Shown piece by piece: positions 10,665-21,233 of a stretch of 64,000 nt of DNA. The notes beneath the pieces are model-generated. The model did not search any database. It had not been told where the DNA came from and worked only from the letters and a program-made list of their open reading frames with translations. Source of the stretch: a virus; the IMG/VR virus record IMGVR_UViG_3300036770_006954, positions 96,001 through 160,000 of that record; one strand, 5' to 3'. The position numbers and the translations under genes were made by a program. Position 1 is the first letter of the stretch, and each line of letters opens with the position of its first letter.

Positions 10665-11277
10665 ATTCCTTGAGTACTTTTTGAATTAAATCTCTCAATC
10701 CCTCATTCTTTTTCTTTGATTTGTAAGAGGTCATAGTTGGTTTATTACCCTTACCAACTTTGGGCTCCTTTTTTTCTGCTCGTCTTTTTTGCGCACAAGC
10801 GGCTTTTTTTTCAGAGTCTGACATTTTAGCCGCAACTCCTGCCGCTCGGCATTTCGGGTAACCTTTTGATTCACCTTCAGGTCGACCACAAGGTGGATGC
10901 CCACCACCTTCTTTTTTTCTACATATATTAACCCATGGACCTTTGGGTTGTTTACTCCCTTTAGGTTTTTTTTTGGTACCAAACCAAACCGCCAAATCTT
11001 CCTTTAAAATGTCCTCTTTAAAAATTTTCTTTCTCATATTTTCAACTTTCTTAACATTTGTTTTAGTTTGTTTTTCATCTTTGGCAATTTGTTGTTTTGT
11101 TTTTTTTATCTCACCATCATATGAATCAAATGCAGTTTCATTATTAACATAACCTGAAACTTTTTCAGTATAAGGTCTGAGCTGTTCATCCTTCCAAACT
11201 CGTGGGGTAATATTTAATTTTCCTTTAAAAACACCATCACTTGATGATGTGGTACTCTCGTTGATTTTTCTTTTCAT
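10654..11277 (-). CDS. basic Cys-containing late protein
   Basis: EDLAVWFG...WVNIC...PCGR...YPKCR; late motif upstream. Confidence 0.55.
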   Translation of the reverse strand: MKRKINESTTSSSDGVFKGKLNITPRVWKDEQLRPYTEKVSGYVNNETAFDSYDGEIKKTKQQIAKDEKQTKTNVKKVENMRKKIFKEDILKEDLAVWFGTKKKPKGSKQPKGPWVNICRKKEGGGHPPCGRPEGESKGYPKCRAAGVAAKMSDSEKKAACAQKRRAEKKEPKVGKGNKPTMTSYKSKKKNEGLRDLIQKVLKESIG

Positions 11278-11309
11278 AACCCTATATTTTAATAAATATT
11301 TAGTTTTTT

Positions 11310-11552
11310 ATGCAAGATTTGAATTCAACTTCTTTATTTGACAGAATAACCATCCAAAGTTCAAATGATTTCGATAATTTGATAGACACCTTGAATGCTG
11401 AGCAGGCTGATTATATTACTAAGATAGCATTAGAAAAAGCGTTTAATTCGGGTATCTTTAGCTTAAGCGAAAGTGAAATTCTATCCAAATCGCTAAGAAT
11501 TTTAAATGTTACCAAAAATTTACACAGGGAAAATAATATTGACAAAAAATAA
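11310..11552 (+). CDS. hypothetical protein
   Basis: 80 aa ORF ending at a terminator. Confidence 0.55.
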   Translation: MQDLNSTSLFDRITIQSSNDFDNLIDTLNAEQADYITKIALEKAFNSGIFSLSESEILSKSLRILNVTKNLHRENNIDKK

Positions 11553-11581
11553 AAAAGGGGACCGAAGTCCCCTTTCTTTTT
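11552..11581. terminator. bidirectional intrinsic terminator
   Basis: AAAAAAGGGGAC-CGAA-GTCCCCTTTCTTTT between convergent genes. Confidence 0.85.
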
Positions 11582-11594
11582 GTAGTTTGAGATA

Positions 11595-13388
11595 TTATCT
11601 CAATTCTCTCAAGTCGAATGTTCTAACACCATCAACTGTGATACGACCGTAGAAACGGTTGTTTACAACCTTCTTAGCGTATCTGGTCATGATACCCTTG
11701 ATAGGTGTAAAGTTGAATGGGTTGTACATTGTTGGAGTGAGTTGTAAAGGTACATATGGAGCGTAGATGTAACCTGTGTCAAGTAACGATGTACCTTTGT
11801 GACCCAACAACACTTGGTTTGCTGGGAAGTAAGGGTCACGGTAAACTTGATATCTACCTGCCAATGTTCCAACTCTCTCAATACCCATGTTGTATTGGTC
11901 TTGCTCAGGAGCTGCGTTTGATACGTGGAAGTACTCCAAGTCATCAAAGATTGCAGAAACCTCAGAAGATACAACAATCCAGTTAGCACCACCTCTTAAG
12001 GTAGACTTGTGGATTTGTGCTGAAATTTGGTTAATTGCAGTGATAAGAGTTTGGTTCCAGTCCTTCTGAGTGTAAGGAGTAGTACCTTGAGAGAATCTCT
12101 TCCATCCGTTGTAGTCCCAACGAAGGTTCCAAGATGCTGCTTTTCTCAAATCTCTTAAGATTTCACGGTCGATTTCCGCAGCTACTTGTTCTGACAATAA
12201 AGCTGTCAATTCAGCTTCAGCGTCGATATTGTGGAACGCAGCTACGTCCTGAGCCATTTCAGGTGACCATTGAGCTCTAAGTTTTCTTTCAGTAACCGAT
12301 ACAGTCACAGACTGAAGGTCGAAAGAAACTTCACCAATTTTATCTTCGAATTCAAGATTCTTGTAGATTCTGTAAGTTGCTGTAAACGCAGAATCATTTG
12401 CAGTTGTTGAAGAGAATGTTGAACCAGTGTATCCGTCAAGTGATGAATCACCACAAGAGATACAAACAGGAACTTGAAGGTCTACTTCGAGGTAAATTTT
12501 ACCTTCAGCGTCACAAACATTGTAGTAAGTACCACCATCAGTCAAACTGTTAGGGAATACCAATGAAGTGTCCTGACCGTATTCCACAATACCCTTACCG
12601 TATCTCTGAGTAACAACTCTAAATAGGTAATTGTTATTTACATTCGCAGAAGTTGTTGGGTTACCAGCAACACCACGGATTTGTAGGTCAGTCAAGAATT
12701 CTTCAGTGTCCATAGGTTGACCGTTTGGTCCAATCAATTGACCAGCTCCAGCTGAAGCAAATCCAGACATCATGATGTAAACTTTTCTGTAATTATCAGT
12801 GTCATATCCTGTAACAATCAAAGAATCTCCTTGCCATGCTACTGTTCTTGTACCAGCTGTGATAGCCGAGAATGAACCTTTTGAGTAGTCGTAAAGTCCT
12901 GGTGGGTCCAAAGCAGGTTCGTTACCTTCGTAGAATCTATCGTAAAGGTCTTTAGTGTTGTTGTAGTCATAACCACTGTTTGGAGTCTGACCAGCAGCCG
13001 CGTTAGGTGCGCCGAAAGGTGCCCAGTGCTCGTTAGCGTTAGCTCCAGTGTAAGACTGAATGTTTGGTACGAAGTAGAACAACTTACCGATAGGAAGGTT
13101 CATCGCTTGTACCGAAACGATGTCGTTAGCCAAAAGTTTAGAGAATACTCTTCTTACGATTGGGAAAACAACAGTTTCAAATGAACCTGTATCTGCAGTT
13201 GATGATGCTTCGTTGATGAGATAAGACGCTTGGTTTTCATACAACTGAGCGATGTTCTCTTTAAGGTGTCCGTTAAGTCCATCGAGGAAACCTAACTTGT
13301 CCCATTTGTTGATTGTATCTTCTTTGATAACCTTAAGGTGCTTAAGACCGATGTTACCAACAAGACCACTTTCTAATAATGCTCCCAT
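11595..13388 (-). CDS. major capsid protein, T4 gp23-like
   Basis: FPIVRRVF, RKLRAQWSPEMAQD, DAEAELTALLSEQVAAEIDREI, YAPYVPL, GIMTRYAK. Confidence 0.97.
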   Translation of the reverse strand: MGALLESGLVGNIGLKHLKVIKEDTINKWDKLGFLDGLNGHLKENIAQLYENQASYLINEASSTADTGSFETVVFPIVRRVFSKLLANDIVSVQAMNLPIGKLFYFVPNIQSYTGANANEHWAPFGAPNAAAGQTPNSGYDYNNTKDLYDRFYEGNEPALDPPGLYDYSKGSFSAITAGTRTVAWQGDSLIVTGYDTDNYRKVYIMMSGFASAGAGQLIGPNGQPMDTEEFLTDLQIRGVAGNPTTSANVNNNYLFRVVTQRYGKGIVEYGQDTSLVFPNSLTDGGTYYNVCDAEGKIYLEVDLQVPVCISCGDSSLDGYTGSTFSSTTANDSAFTATYRIYKNLEFEDKIGEVSFDLQSVTVSVTERKLRAQWSPEMAQDVAAFHNIDAEAELTALLSEQVAAEIDREILRDLRKAASWNLRWDYNGWKRFSQGTTPYTQKDWNQTLITAINQISAQIHKSTLRGGANWIVVSSEVSAIFDDLEYFHVSNAAPEQDQYNMGIERVGTLAGRYQVYRDPYFPANQVLLGHKGTSLLDTGYIYAPYVPLQLTPTMYNPFNFTPIKGIMTRYAKKVVNNRFYGRITVDGVRTFDLRELR

Positions 13389-13418
13389 TTTAAATTTTTG
13401 TTTTTAGGAATTTTTATT

Positions 13419-15020
13419 TTAGAGTTTATTCATTAAATCCTTAATTCTTAAGTATTGAGGATTTTCATATGTTTTAGACTCAATCAAGGTTGCTGCTGAA
13501 CCAGAAGTTTTTGTTGTGTTCAACTGTCTTTCAACACTTTCTGAAATATTTTTCATGTCTGTGTTTGAAAGTTCATCCTTGACAGTTTTATAGAGTTGCT
13601 TTGATTCTTTAAGAGATTCTACAGAATCAAATCTTCTCAAGATATTTATTTTTTCTTTTTTGGTAGTGGAATGTTCAGTAAATAATCTTGTTGCGTATGC
13701 CAAGTTTGAGTTAAAAACTGCAACTTCGTTGAGTTTCTCTCTAAAGACATTAAGAGCTTTTCTGTACTCTTCATTCTTCTCTCTTAACATGTTTAATTCC
13801 GCTTCAACAGCCTCTACTTTAACACCATTATCACCATAAACATAATTTCTGTTGTTTGTGATACCTTTTCTTAACCCTCTACCTTCTTTTGACCCCATAC
13901 CATAAGTTCTAGCAGCCTCTTTGGTTTCTTCCTTGGTTTCATAGTCTTTCTTGCCAGGATGTGTCTTAGATTTGTCACCTTTGTTACCACCGAATTTTCC
14001 TTCGTAGTCTTTGTAGTGACCATCTTTACCTTCACCAGCTTTCTTCTCAACACCACCTACTTTCTTGCGTCTGTATTCGTGTTTGTCAGAACCCCAGTTC
14101 TTATCCTTACCTTCTTCCATTTCACCCTCTTTGAACTCAAATTTTGCTTTACCAGTACCCATAGCTTTAGGTCCAGCCTTTTTGTGGTCATCAAATCCTT
14201 TTTTAGGTAAAGTACTATCGTACTTAAATTTAGGATGACCCATACCTACGCCTTTTGGTTTTACAGTCATTTTAGCTTCTGAAAGGTCATAATCTTCAGT
14301 ATGAAGTTTATCGTCCTTCATATCCAATTCCAAATCACGAATATGTGCCGCGTCATCTTTTTCAGCTCCACGGTAATGGTCATATTCTTCATCGTCCTCT
14401 TCAGAAAGGTCCATCTCTTCCTCGTCCATTTCTATCTCATACATGACTTCGTCTTCTTCTTCCATAGTTTCAGATGACGAATAAAGAGCATCTAAAACAG
14501 CGTCCAAGTCAGGGTCGTCTTCAACATCAAGTTCGTCGAATTCCATTTCTTGTTCGTCCATTTCCATTTCTTCCATCATTTCATCTTCCTCATCCATTTC
14601 AGATTCGTCGAGTTTTACAATGTATTCTACATCTTCATTCTCGTCAGTGATGTGAACTTCATTTTCGTCTTTTACAACTACGATTCCATCTTCAGGTCCC
14701 ATAGCCTTGAAAGCCTTAATAACTTCCTCATCTGACATATCTGTCATATCGATAGTTTCTTCATCCGAATCAAAATCCATATCGAATTCATCTTCAGAAT
14801 CTTCCATATTATCAACATCGCTATCCATGTCAAAATCCATGTCTAGCTCAGTATCAACTTCAACCTCATCTTCTTGTTCTGAGAGAGATTCCTTTACTAA
14901 CTGACTGATTTCTTCCTTCATTGTAGAAGCAAGTATTCCTTTTGCGTTTTCGGCAATGACTTCTTCAACATTTTTCATTTGAATAAGTGCCTCTTCAACT
15001 AAATTTTTAGTTTCTTGCAT
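13419..15020 (-). CDS. prohead core/scaffold protein
   Basis: Very acidic with a C-terminal coiled coil; located between protease and capsid. Confidence 0.75.
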   Translation of the reverse strand: MQETKNLVEEALIQMKNVEEVIAENAKGILASTMKEEISQLVKESLSEQEDEVEVDTELDMDFDMDSDVDNMEDSEDEFDMDFDSDEETIDMTDMSDEEVIKAFKAMGPEDGIVVVKDENEVHITDENEDVEYIVKLDESEMDEEDEMMEEMEMDEQEMEFDELDVEDDPDLDAVLDALYSSSETMEEEDEVMYEIEMDEEEMDLSEEDDEEYDHYRGAEKDDAAHIRDLELDMKDDKLHTEDYDLSEAKMTVKPKGVGMGHPKFKYDSTLPKKGFDDHKKAGPKAMGTGKAKFEFKEGEMEEGKDKNWGSDKHEYRRKKVGGVEKKAGEGKDGHYKDYEGKFGGNKGDKSKTHPGKKDYETKEETKEAARTYGMGSKEGRGLRKGITNNRNYVYGDNGVKVEAVEAELNMLREKNEEYRKALNVFREKLNEVAVFNSNLAYATRLFTEHSTTKKEKINILRRFDSVESLKESKQLYKTVKDELSNTDMKNISESVERQLNTTKTSGSAATLIESKTYENPQYLRIKDLMNKL

Positions 15021-15068
15021 AAAAATTGTTTTTAATTTACCTTATAAATAGTTCTCAAAACAAAAAAA

Positions 15069-15139
15069 TCCGTCTGAAACCCCCCTCTTTAAGAAAAAGG
15101 TTTTAGACGGACAAAAAAAAAGGTGGATAAACCACCTTT
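15069..15139. terminator. tandem hairpins / terminators
   Basis: TCCGTCTGAAACC...GGTTTTAGACGGA and A-run-GGTGG-ATAAA-CCACCTTT. Confidence 0.6.
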
Positions 15140-15143
15140 CAAA

Positions 15144-15353
15144 TTATTCGATTACTTCGTCGATTTTACTTTCAACAACAGAAACGATACGCCATTCGTG
15201 TTGGAACCCCGTATATTTCTTTGTGACTTTAGCTTCGACATCAGTTACAGAAAAACCGTTTACAAGTTTCTCTTCTCGGATTTTTTTGATTCGACCTGAG
15301 TTTTCGTCGGGTAAATCATAAACCACTTTAGCAATGAAAAATTTCTCATCCAT
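15144..15353 (-). CDS. DUF4494-like small protein
   Basis: FIAKVVY...KKIREEKLVNGFSVTDVEAKV...ESKIDEVI. Confidence 0.6.
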   Translation of the reverse strand: MDEKFFIAKVVYDLPDENSGRIKKIREEKLVNGFSVTDVEAKVTKKYTGFQHEWRIVSVVESKIDEVIE

Positions 15354-15372
15354 AATTATTAAATCATTTTAG

Positions 15373-16089
15373 TTAACGATTTAAATAATCGGTTAATTTT
15401 TTCATTAAATCAACTGACTTACCCATTCCAGAGTCAGAAATTTTCTGTTTTTTTTCTTCCTCGAGGTTTTCCTCGTACATTGACCTCTCTTCGGGGGAGT
15501 TAAATAGGTAAGCACCAGGAGTTGACGGTGAAGATACCAAGTCGAAACAGATAAGTTCAAAATCGTCCTGTACTTCATTTTGTTCTCCCTTTTTAGCCAA
15601 AGACCCAACACCACGCGATGAAACACCCATTGTTACACCTTGTCTCATGAGGTTTGCTGCGATATCTCCCTTGGTTGATACAATACCACTCTCATGGAAT
15701 CCTGGTGATGTAAGGAGTTTTAATTTACCCATAAGGATATGACCATCCCACCATATGTCTGTAATAAGGTGTGATACTCTATCCAAATCAATCAATGATG
15801 ATTCAGGGTGATTTAACTCAGAGGTTGATAAACCTTTTTTAATTGCGGTTTTATATCTGTCAGCCTCTCTTTTTAAAATTCTCTCAGGGTATACTCTTCC
15901 ATTTCTATTTGGGACACCAAATTTTTGAAGAACAGCATAGAACTCAAATGGGTTACGATAATCCATTTGTTTTTGTTCTTTCAAAAATGACTCATTGAGT
16001 GGGTCAGAGGGTGAAATGTAACCAGCGTCCATTTCAATCAATATACCCTTACCCGTTTCTCTTGGCCCAAGAATGTGCAAATCTTTCAT
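15373..16089 (-). CDS. prohead protease, T4 gp21-like
   Basis: NRNGRVYP, ELNHP, VSH, GVSSRGVGS, FDLVSSPSTPGA. Confidence 0.93.
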   Translation of the reverse strand: MKDLHILGPRETGKGILIEMDAGYISPSDPLNESFLKEQKQMDYRNPFEFYAVLQKFGVPNRNGRVYPERILKREADRYKTAIKKGLSTSELNHPESSLIDLDRVSHLITDIWWDGHILMGKLKLLTSPGFHESGIVSTKGDIAANLMRQGVTMGVSSRGVGSLAKKGEQNEVQDDFELICFDLVSSPSTPGAYLFNSPEERSMYEENLEEEKKQKISDSGMGKSVDLMKKLTDYLNR

Positions 16090-16115
16090 TATATTCTTTT
16101 AAAATAAATATAATG

Positions 16116-16568
16116 TTAGTTCATAGTTTTAATTTTTATCTTTTCTTTACTGGAAGTAAATGTGAAGTAATCATTTTTGATTACACAATCTTTGTAAATT
16201 TCTCTGATAATTTTTTTTATTGCGTCTTTCAGTACCGAACCTTTGAAATCTATTTCAGTTTTAGTGAATAGATTTATCTCAAGATTCATAAAAGACTTTT
16301 TACCTACTTGAATACCACTTGTTCTTAGGTCTAAGTCGACGATAAATTTTTCAGCGAAAAGTTCACGATTAATACTTTCATAAACACTGTGTTTTACATT
16401 TCTTGAAAGACCACCTACAACACGGTCCCAATTCTCCATTTCCTTTTTTGGAGTAACCCATGTTTGTATGTTTATGTAAAGTGATTTTAGTTGTTTTGAA
16501 TCTACTGTTCCGTATTGAGTTTTAATTGATTCATATTGGTTAATTTTAACCGTTTTTCCTTTTTTCAT
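16116..16568 (-). CDS. hypothetical protein
   Basis: 150 aa ORF in head module. Confidence 0.6.
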   Translation of the reverse strand: MKKGKTVKINQYESIKTQYGTVDSKQLKSLYINIQTWVTPKKEMENWDRVVGGLSRNVKHSVYESINRELFAEKFIVDLDLRTSGIQVGKKSFMNLEINLFTKTEIDFKGSVLKDAIKKIIREIYKDCVIKNDYFTFTSSKEKIKIKTMN

Positions 16569-16645
16569 TCATATTCAGATTGGAATCTGTTTATTTTTTA
16601 ATAATCATAAGAAACTTTTACCCCAAATCCAAATATTTCTATTAT

Positions 16646-16831
16646 ATGTTAATAGTACAAGTAGACAAAAACATTGAGAAAGCACTCAAAATGCTTAAGT
16701 CTAAAGTTATTAAAACCAAACAGAGTCAAAAACTTAATTCCTTAAAAGAATACCAAAAAAAATCTGTTAAAAGAAGAACAGAAAAAACAAAAGCTTCTTA
16801 TGTTCAAAAGTTTAAGAATCAAGAAGAATAG
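16646..16831 (+). CDS. rpsU: ribosomal protein bS21
   Basis: MLIVQVDKNIEKALKMLKSKV...KEYQKKSVKRR matches the bS21 pattern. Confidence 0.8.
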   Translation: MLIVQVDKNIEKALKMLKSKVIKTKQSQKLNSLKEYQKKSVKRRTEKTKASYVQKFKNQEE

Positions 16832-17519
16832 ACTCTTCTAATTTCTTTAACTTTACATAATTAACTTGGTCGAATTTTTCAGTTTCAATCTTTTCAATGG
16901 TTTCATTAATTTTAGATTGAATATCTGACTCTTCTTGTTTGGAGAGCAAAACCTTCAGTTTGTTAATTGTCGACTCCTTAAGAGTTGAGTACTCACTTTC
17001 CAAATCTTCATTCTTAGACGCTAAGATATGAAATACCTCTTTCTTGGTCACCTCATCCAAACTCTCTATGTATTTTCCAATAGTTTGATTGGCAATCGTA
17101 ACCATCGACTTCAAAGGAATTTTAGGGCTTTCATTTAAACCTTTTGCAGTAGACATAAGATTACTAATTAATCTTTTTTTTGACGACAACCTTTTGTGAA
17201 TATTCACATTTTCAAAATACACCAAATTATCAATATCTTGGTAAATATTTGAAGATTTTTCCCCATTTTTTGGTAATGAAGCATTCTCTAACAAATGTCT
17301 AATTACATTTACAGATTCTTCTAAAAATTCTTTGGCGTCGTTTTCAGATAATCCTTGTGGTGTATTAAGGTCATCATAAATGGAATAAACCTTTGAAAAA
17401 GATTTATTTTTCAAAACATTATGTTTGAATTCTTTTAATGTTTGCTTGAAAGTAGAAGAGTCTTTGTAGGACTCTACCAAGTTTTTTTCGATAATCGATT
17501 TAATTTGTCCGAAGGTCAT
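16812..17519 (-). CDS. hypothetical head-module protein
   Basis: 235 aa ORF, late motif upstream. Confidence 0.6.
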   Translation of the reverse strand: MTFGQIKSIIEKNLVESYKDSSTFKQTLKEFKHNVLKNKSFSKVYSIYDDLNTPQGLSENDAKEFLEESVNVIRHLLENASLPKNGEKSSNIYQDIDNLVYFENVNIHKRLSSKKRLISNLMSTAKGLNESPKIPLKSMVTIANQTIGKYIESLDEVTKKEVFHILASKNEDLESEYSTLKESTINKLKVLLSKQEESDIQSKINETIEKIETEKFDQVNYVKLKKLEESILLDS

Positions 17520-17546
17520 GAGGTTGTATTTATTCTCTAATAAATA

Positions 17547-19424
17547 TTAGGAATTTAACAACTTATCTAACTCTTCTTCTATTTTACCTAAACTTTGTTG
17601 TGCAATACCCAAATTAAGAAACTGACTACCATATAAATCGGTCTCAATTAAAAGATTCATGTCTTTATTTTGAGTAGATTCGGGAGTAATTTCCGCCTCT
17701 TCAGGTGCGGTTCCTTCTTCAGGGGTTTCACCACCTAATTCAGCACCAAGGTCACCACCCAAGTCACCACCAATCTCAGGACCCGCATCAAAACTACCAC
17801 CACCACCAAATGCTGCCGCCGCTGGTTCAGAAGTTTCTCCTGGAGGTGCTTGTGGAGCCCCTTCACCAGGTTTGTTTCCGTACAACTTATCAAGTTGGTC
17901 GAACAATCCTGTCTTAGAAATTACTGTTGGAGTATTCTTCAACTCCTCACCAATAGCTCTTTCCATTCTCTGTTGTAGAAGGTCAGTTCTGATTTCATCA
18001 TCTGACCAATTAAAAATGTGTTTCTTGGCCCAAGTAGATGACGCTGGTTGAATACCATTACCTGGGTCTGAAACTAAATCACGATACAATAGAACTTTTT
18101 CTTTCCAAATATCAACCTTGAGTAGGTCGGCTTGCGTTGATGGGTTAGTAAGACCTAAGGTAAAATTAGAAATCTCCTCTTCAAACCCAAGTAGAAATAA
18201 GTGAATGATTGCAATCTTGTTAAGTTCTTGCAACATCGACTTTTGAATTCTATTAATGGTTCTTGCAAATCGGATATCCATCAGAGCCAAAGTTTTACCA
18301 TCACCAACAACTTCCTCAAAACCTAAAAACGCCTTAGGAATTCTAAGAGCAGTAACAAGTTTTTTCTGAATGTATTCGATGTCTGCAATTTCCGAAAGAT
18401 TTTGAGCACCAGGTAAAGTTTCGATTGGCGATGGTTGTGCTGGGTCCCTTACAGGAATGAAGAAGTCTTGGTCTACAGCCATTTGGTTGAATCTCATGTC
18501 TACATTACCTGTCTTTGAATCTACAATTTGTTCTCTCTTGAACTTGTTGGCAACACGCTGTACATAAGCCTCAACATCATCATCGTTCATGTTTCCAACA
18601 TAAACTTTAAAGATTCTTCTCTCAGGCGCTCGTGAAGTACGATAAATCAACATAGCATCTTCAGATAACAAAAGTTGTTTCCAAATACGACGAGACTTTT
18701 CTAACATAGAAGTACCGTAAGGTAGTTTTCTATCGTCACCTAATAATCTAAAGTGAGCAATTTCCCATGTTTGGAACTCCATATTTTGAGTTTTCCAAGT
18801 GAATCTTAATCCCTTGTCTTCAGTATTATTTTGTGGAACACCAACCGAAGCATTTCTTGTAGAAAGACCTTGCTCAAATCGTTCAATTTCGATGTTCGGA
18901 AGTTGTTGACAACCAATAACCCCCTTTTCAGGGTCCAATCTCATATAAACGAAATTATCACCGTATTTACAAGTGTTTCTTGTCCACATCGGTAAATTGG
19001 TGTTAATATCCAAAGCATTGTTGAATAAATCGGCTAATACTGATTTAATCCTTTTTGATTCAGAATAAATTTGAAGAATTTGACCGTCCTCGTTTGGTGT
19101 GGTGGATTCTTCGGCATAGATATCCAAAGCTGCTGAGATTTCTGGAGTATACTCCATAGATTCATAATCGTAATACGAAGCCAGTCTGTTTGGTTCGTAG
19201 TAGATTGCTTGGGTGTATAAATTGTTTTCAACTTTAGCAAACTGATTCGCTAAATAAAAAGATTGTTTGGCTTGGAGTTTCTCTCTTTCGTATTCTGTCT
19301 TGTCAGTTGTCCTGAGGAGTTCTCTTTTGTCTAACTTATAGACAGGAAAATCTTGGTTCATTAAGGCATCGGGCCCCAAAGCCCTTGTCAGTCTTTGCCA
19401 AACCGTTAGATTTCTATTTTCCAT
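17547..19424 (-). CDS. portal protein, T4 gp20-like
   Basis: EDAMLIYRTSRAPERRIFKVYVG, IETLPG, ALRIPKAFL. Confidence 0.95.
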   Translation of the reverse strand: MENRNLTVWQRLTRALGPDALMNQDFPVYKLDKRELLRTTDKTEYEREKLQAKQSFYLANQFAKVENNLYTQAIYYEPNRLASYYDYESMEYTPEISAALDIYAEESTTPNEDGQILQIYSESKRIKSVLADLFNNALDINTNLPMWTRNTCKYGDNFVYMRLDPEKGVIGCQQLPNIEIERFEQGLSTRNASVGVPQNNTEDKGLRFTWKTQNMEFQTWEIAHFRLLGDDRKLPYGTSMLEKSRRIWKQLLLSEDAMLIYRTSRAPERRIFKVYVGNMNDDDVEAYVQRVANKFKREQIVDSKTGNVDMRFNQMAVDQDFFIPVRDPAQPSPIETLPGAQNLSEIADIEYIQKKLVTALRIPKAFLGFEEVVGDGKTLALMDIRFARTINRIQKSMLQELNKIAIIHLFLLGFEEEISNFTLGLTNPSTQADLLKVDIWKEKVLLYRDLVSDPGNGIQPASSTWAKKHIFNWSDDEIRTDLLQQRMERAIGEELKNTPTVISKTGLFDQLDKLYGNKPGEGAPQAPPGETSEPAAAAFGGGGSFDAGPEIGGDLGGDLGAELGGETPEEGTAPEEAEITPESTQNKDMNLLIETDLYGSQFLNLGIAQQSLGKIEEELDKLLNS

Positions 19425-19466
19425 ACTTGTCTAAAGTTAATCTTTCTTAGATTATTATAAATACTT

Positions 19467-21227
19467 TTACCTCCCAAATAACCACCCATACTTTTGATAA
19501 TCAGTTCTACTTGCAGTATAATCTTTGGAATGAATCATACCGGGGTCTTTAAACTGAGGTAACGATGGATTAAAATATTCAGATTTTTCTTTGTTTTCAG
19601 TAACTATGGTTGACCAAGAATCTAACATTGCCTTAGTATGGTTTACAACTTTAACCAATGAAGGAAAGGCTGCCTCTGCAACATAAGTTGCCATTGCAAT
19701 AGACATAATACAATCGTCATGATGGCCTTTTTGGTGGTCGGGTCTTCCATTGATGTAAACAAAAGTTCCCATTTCATTTACTAATCTACTCGAACGAATC
19801 TTAAATTCATGTCTAATTGATTCTTCAAAAGAAGCGATAATTTGAACTCTTTTGTTGTTAAAATTGATTCCTGGTATTTTTTCTTTAACCCTAGGGTCAT
19901 ATTTCCATTTATTTGCCATGTCGATTCCATCATAGAAAAAATTTTCATATCCTATTTCTTGTAACTTTCGTGCAGTTGCAACACCCATTCCACCTGTCAA
20001 ATCAATAACACAAAGGGCACTATACATAATACCCCACTTATAAGCGATTTCGGCTAATGTATCGGGTGGTATTTTACCAACAAATTCTAATACCTGTTCT
20101 TTTTCATCAAAATCAATAATTTCAATACAAGAAAAATCCTCAGAATCCCCTCGAGAAACATCAATACCCATTACATATTTGTGACCATTTATAGGTTCTT
20201 TCCAAATCCATAATTGACCACCAACTAATTTGGCACTCGGTTCTCTAACATCATTTTTTTGAATATCCTGTAAAAGTTGTGAATCGAATACATTATCACC
20301 CGAACCTAAGAAATTACACTCCAATTCTTGAGCAACCTTTCTCCTATCATATTTGAGTTTTTTAACCATACTCTCAAACCAAGAAGAACAAGGTTTGTAA
20401 CCATCTTCAATATATTTGTGAAGAGTTTCCAAACTTCTTTCCCTTCTATTTTCTGCGGATAAATCAATGACAACATCAGAAGGATATTCATGTTTGTTAA
20501 GTAGGTAATGGACTAAATCGTTAGTCTTAACCATATACAAATCTTTGGTGTATCGGGGGTCACGATACCAATACATTTCAGTGATTTTGAAATCATTCAT
20601 ACCACGAAGTGCTTGGTCATAGATTTCGTAGTAAATTGGGTCAAAACCGTTAGGTGTTGAAATCACTACGACTTTACCTCCGGTAGAAAGAGATGCCATA
20701 CAAGCAGCCCAGAAATCACTGTCGGCTTCAATAAACGCCGCCTCATCAAAAATAAGTGTGGTGGGGGTGTATCCACGAAGTGCGTCTCGTGAAGTTGCAA
20801 CCGCTTTTACCTCGCACCCATTTGTTAGTTTGAAGTGGCGTGCAGAATTTTTTTCAGGTGCAAACCCAATACCAACCCAACTTGGCCATTGTTCAGTAAA
20901 CCCACGAATTTTATTTGCAAATTCTACTGATGTATCTAACTTATTGGCAATGATTAGAATTTTTTCAGGTTTTTCTTTTCGAGCAAAGGCTAGTCTTTTA
21001 CTAGCCCATGCTGCGGTTACTGTAGAGACACCCGCCTGACGATACTTTAATGCAATGTTTTCATTGTATTCCTCATAGTCCTCCACCAATTGAACTTGGT
21101 CTTGGAATAACTCTAAGGGTACATATCGGGATACTGTGTTATCGTAAGTCTGTAAATAAGTTTTTAGAGCGTAAGGAGTGCTCTTCATGCACTTCTTATA
21201 CTCAATAATAACTTGTTCTTTTGTCAT
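19467..21227 (-). CDS. terminase large subunit, T4 gp17-like
   Basis: KYRQAGVST Walker A, LIFDEAAFI Walker B, ISTPNG, QELECNF, GIDVSRG, HDDC. Confidence 0.95.
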   Translation of the reverse strand: MTKEQVIIEYKKCMKSTPYALKTYLQTYDNTVSRYVPLELFQDQVQLVEDYEEYNENIALKYRQAGVSTVTAAWASKRLAFARKEKPEKILIIANKLDTSVEFANKIRGFTEQWPSWVGIGFAPEKNSARHFKLTNGCEVKAVATSRDALRGYTPTTLIFDEAAFIEADSDFWAACMASLSTGGKVVVISTPNGFDPIYYEIYDQALRGMNDFKITEMYWYRDPRYTKDLYMVKTNDLVHYLLNKHEYPSDVVIDLSAENRRERSLETLHKYIEDGYKPCSSWFESMVKKLKYDRRKVAQELECNFLGSGDNVFDSQLLQDIQKNDVREPSAKLVGGQLWIWKEPINGHKYVMGIDVSRGDSEDFSCIEIIDFDEKEQVLEFVGKIPPDTLAEIAYKWGIMYSALCVIDLTGGMGVATARKLQEIGYENFFYDGIDMANKWKYDPRVKEKIPGINFNNKRVQIIASFEESIRHEFKIRSSRLVNEMGTFVYINGRPDHQKGHHDDCIMSIAMATYVAEAAFPSLVKVVNHTKAMLDSWSTIVTENKEKSEYFNPSLPQFKDPGMIHSKDYTASRTDYQKYGWLFGR

Positions 21228-21233
21228 AATTCC

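Noticed and set aside
11595-21227. Introns or inteins in capsid, portal or terminase
   Set aside because: The ORFs are continuous with no splice motifs; the extra capsid length looks like an ordinary insertion domain.
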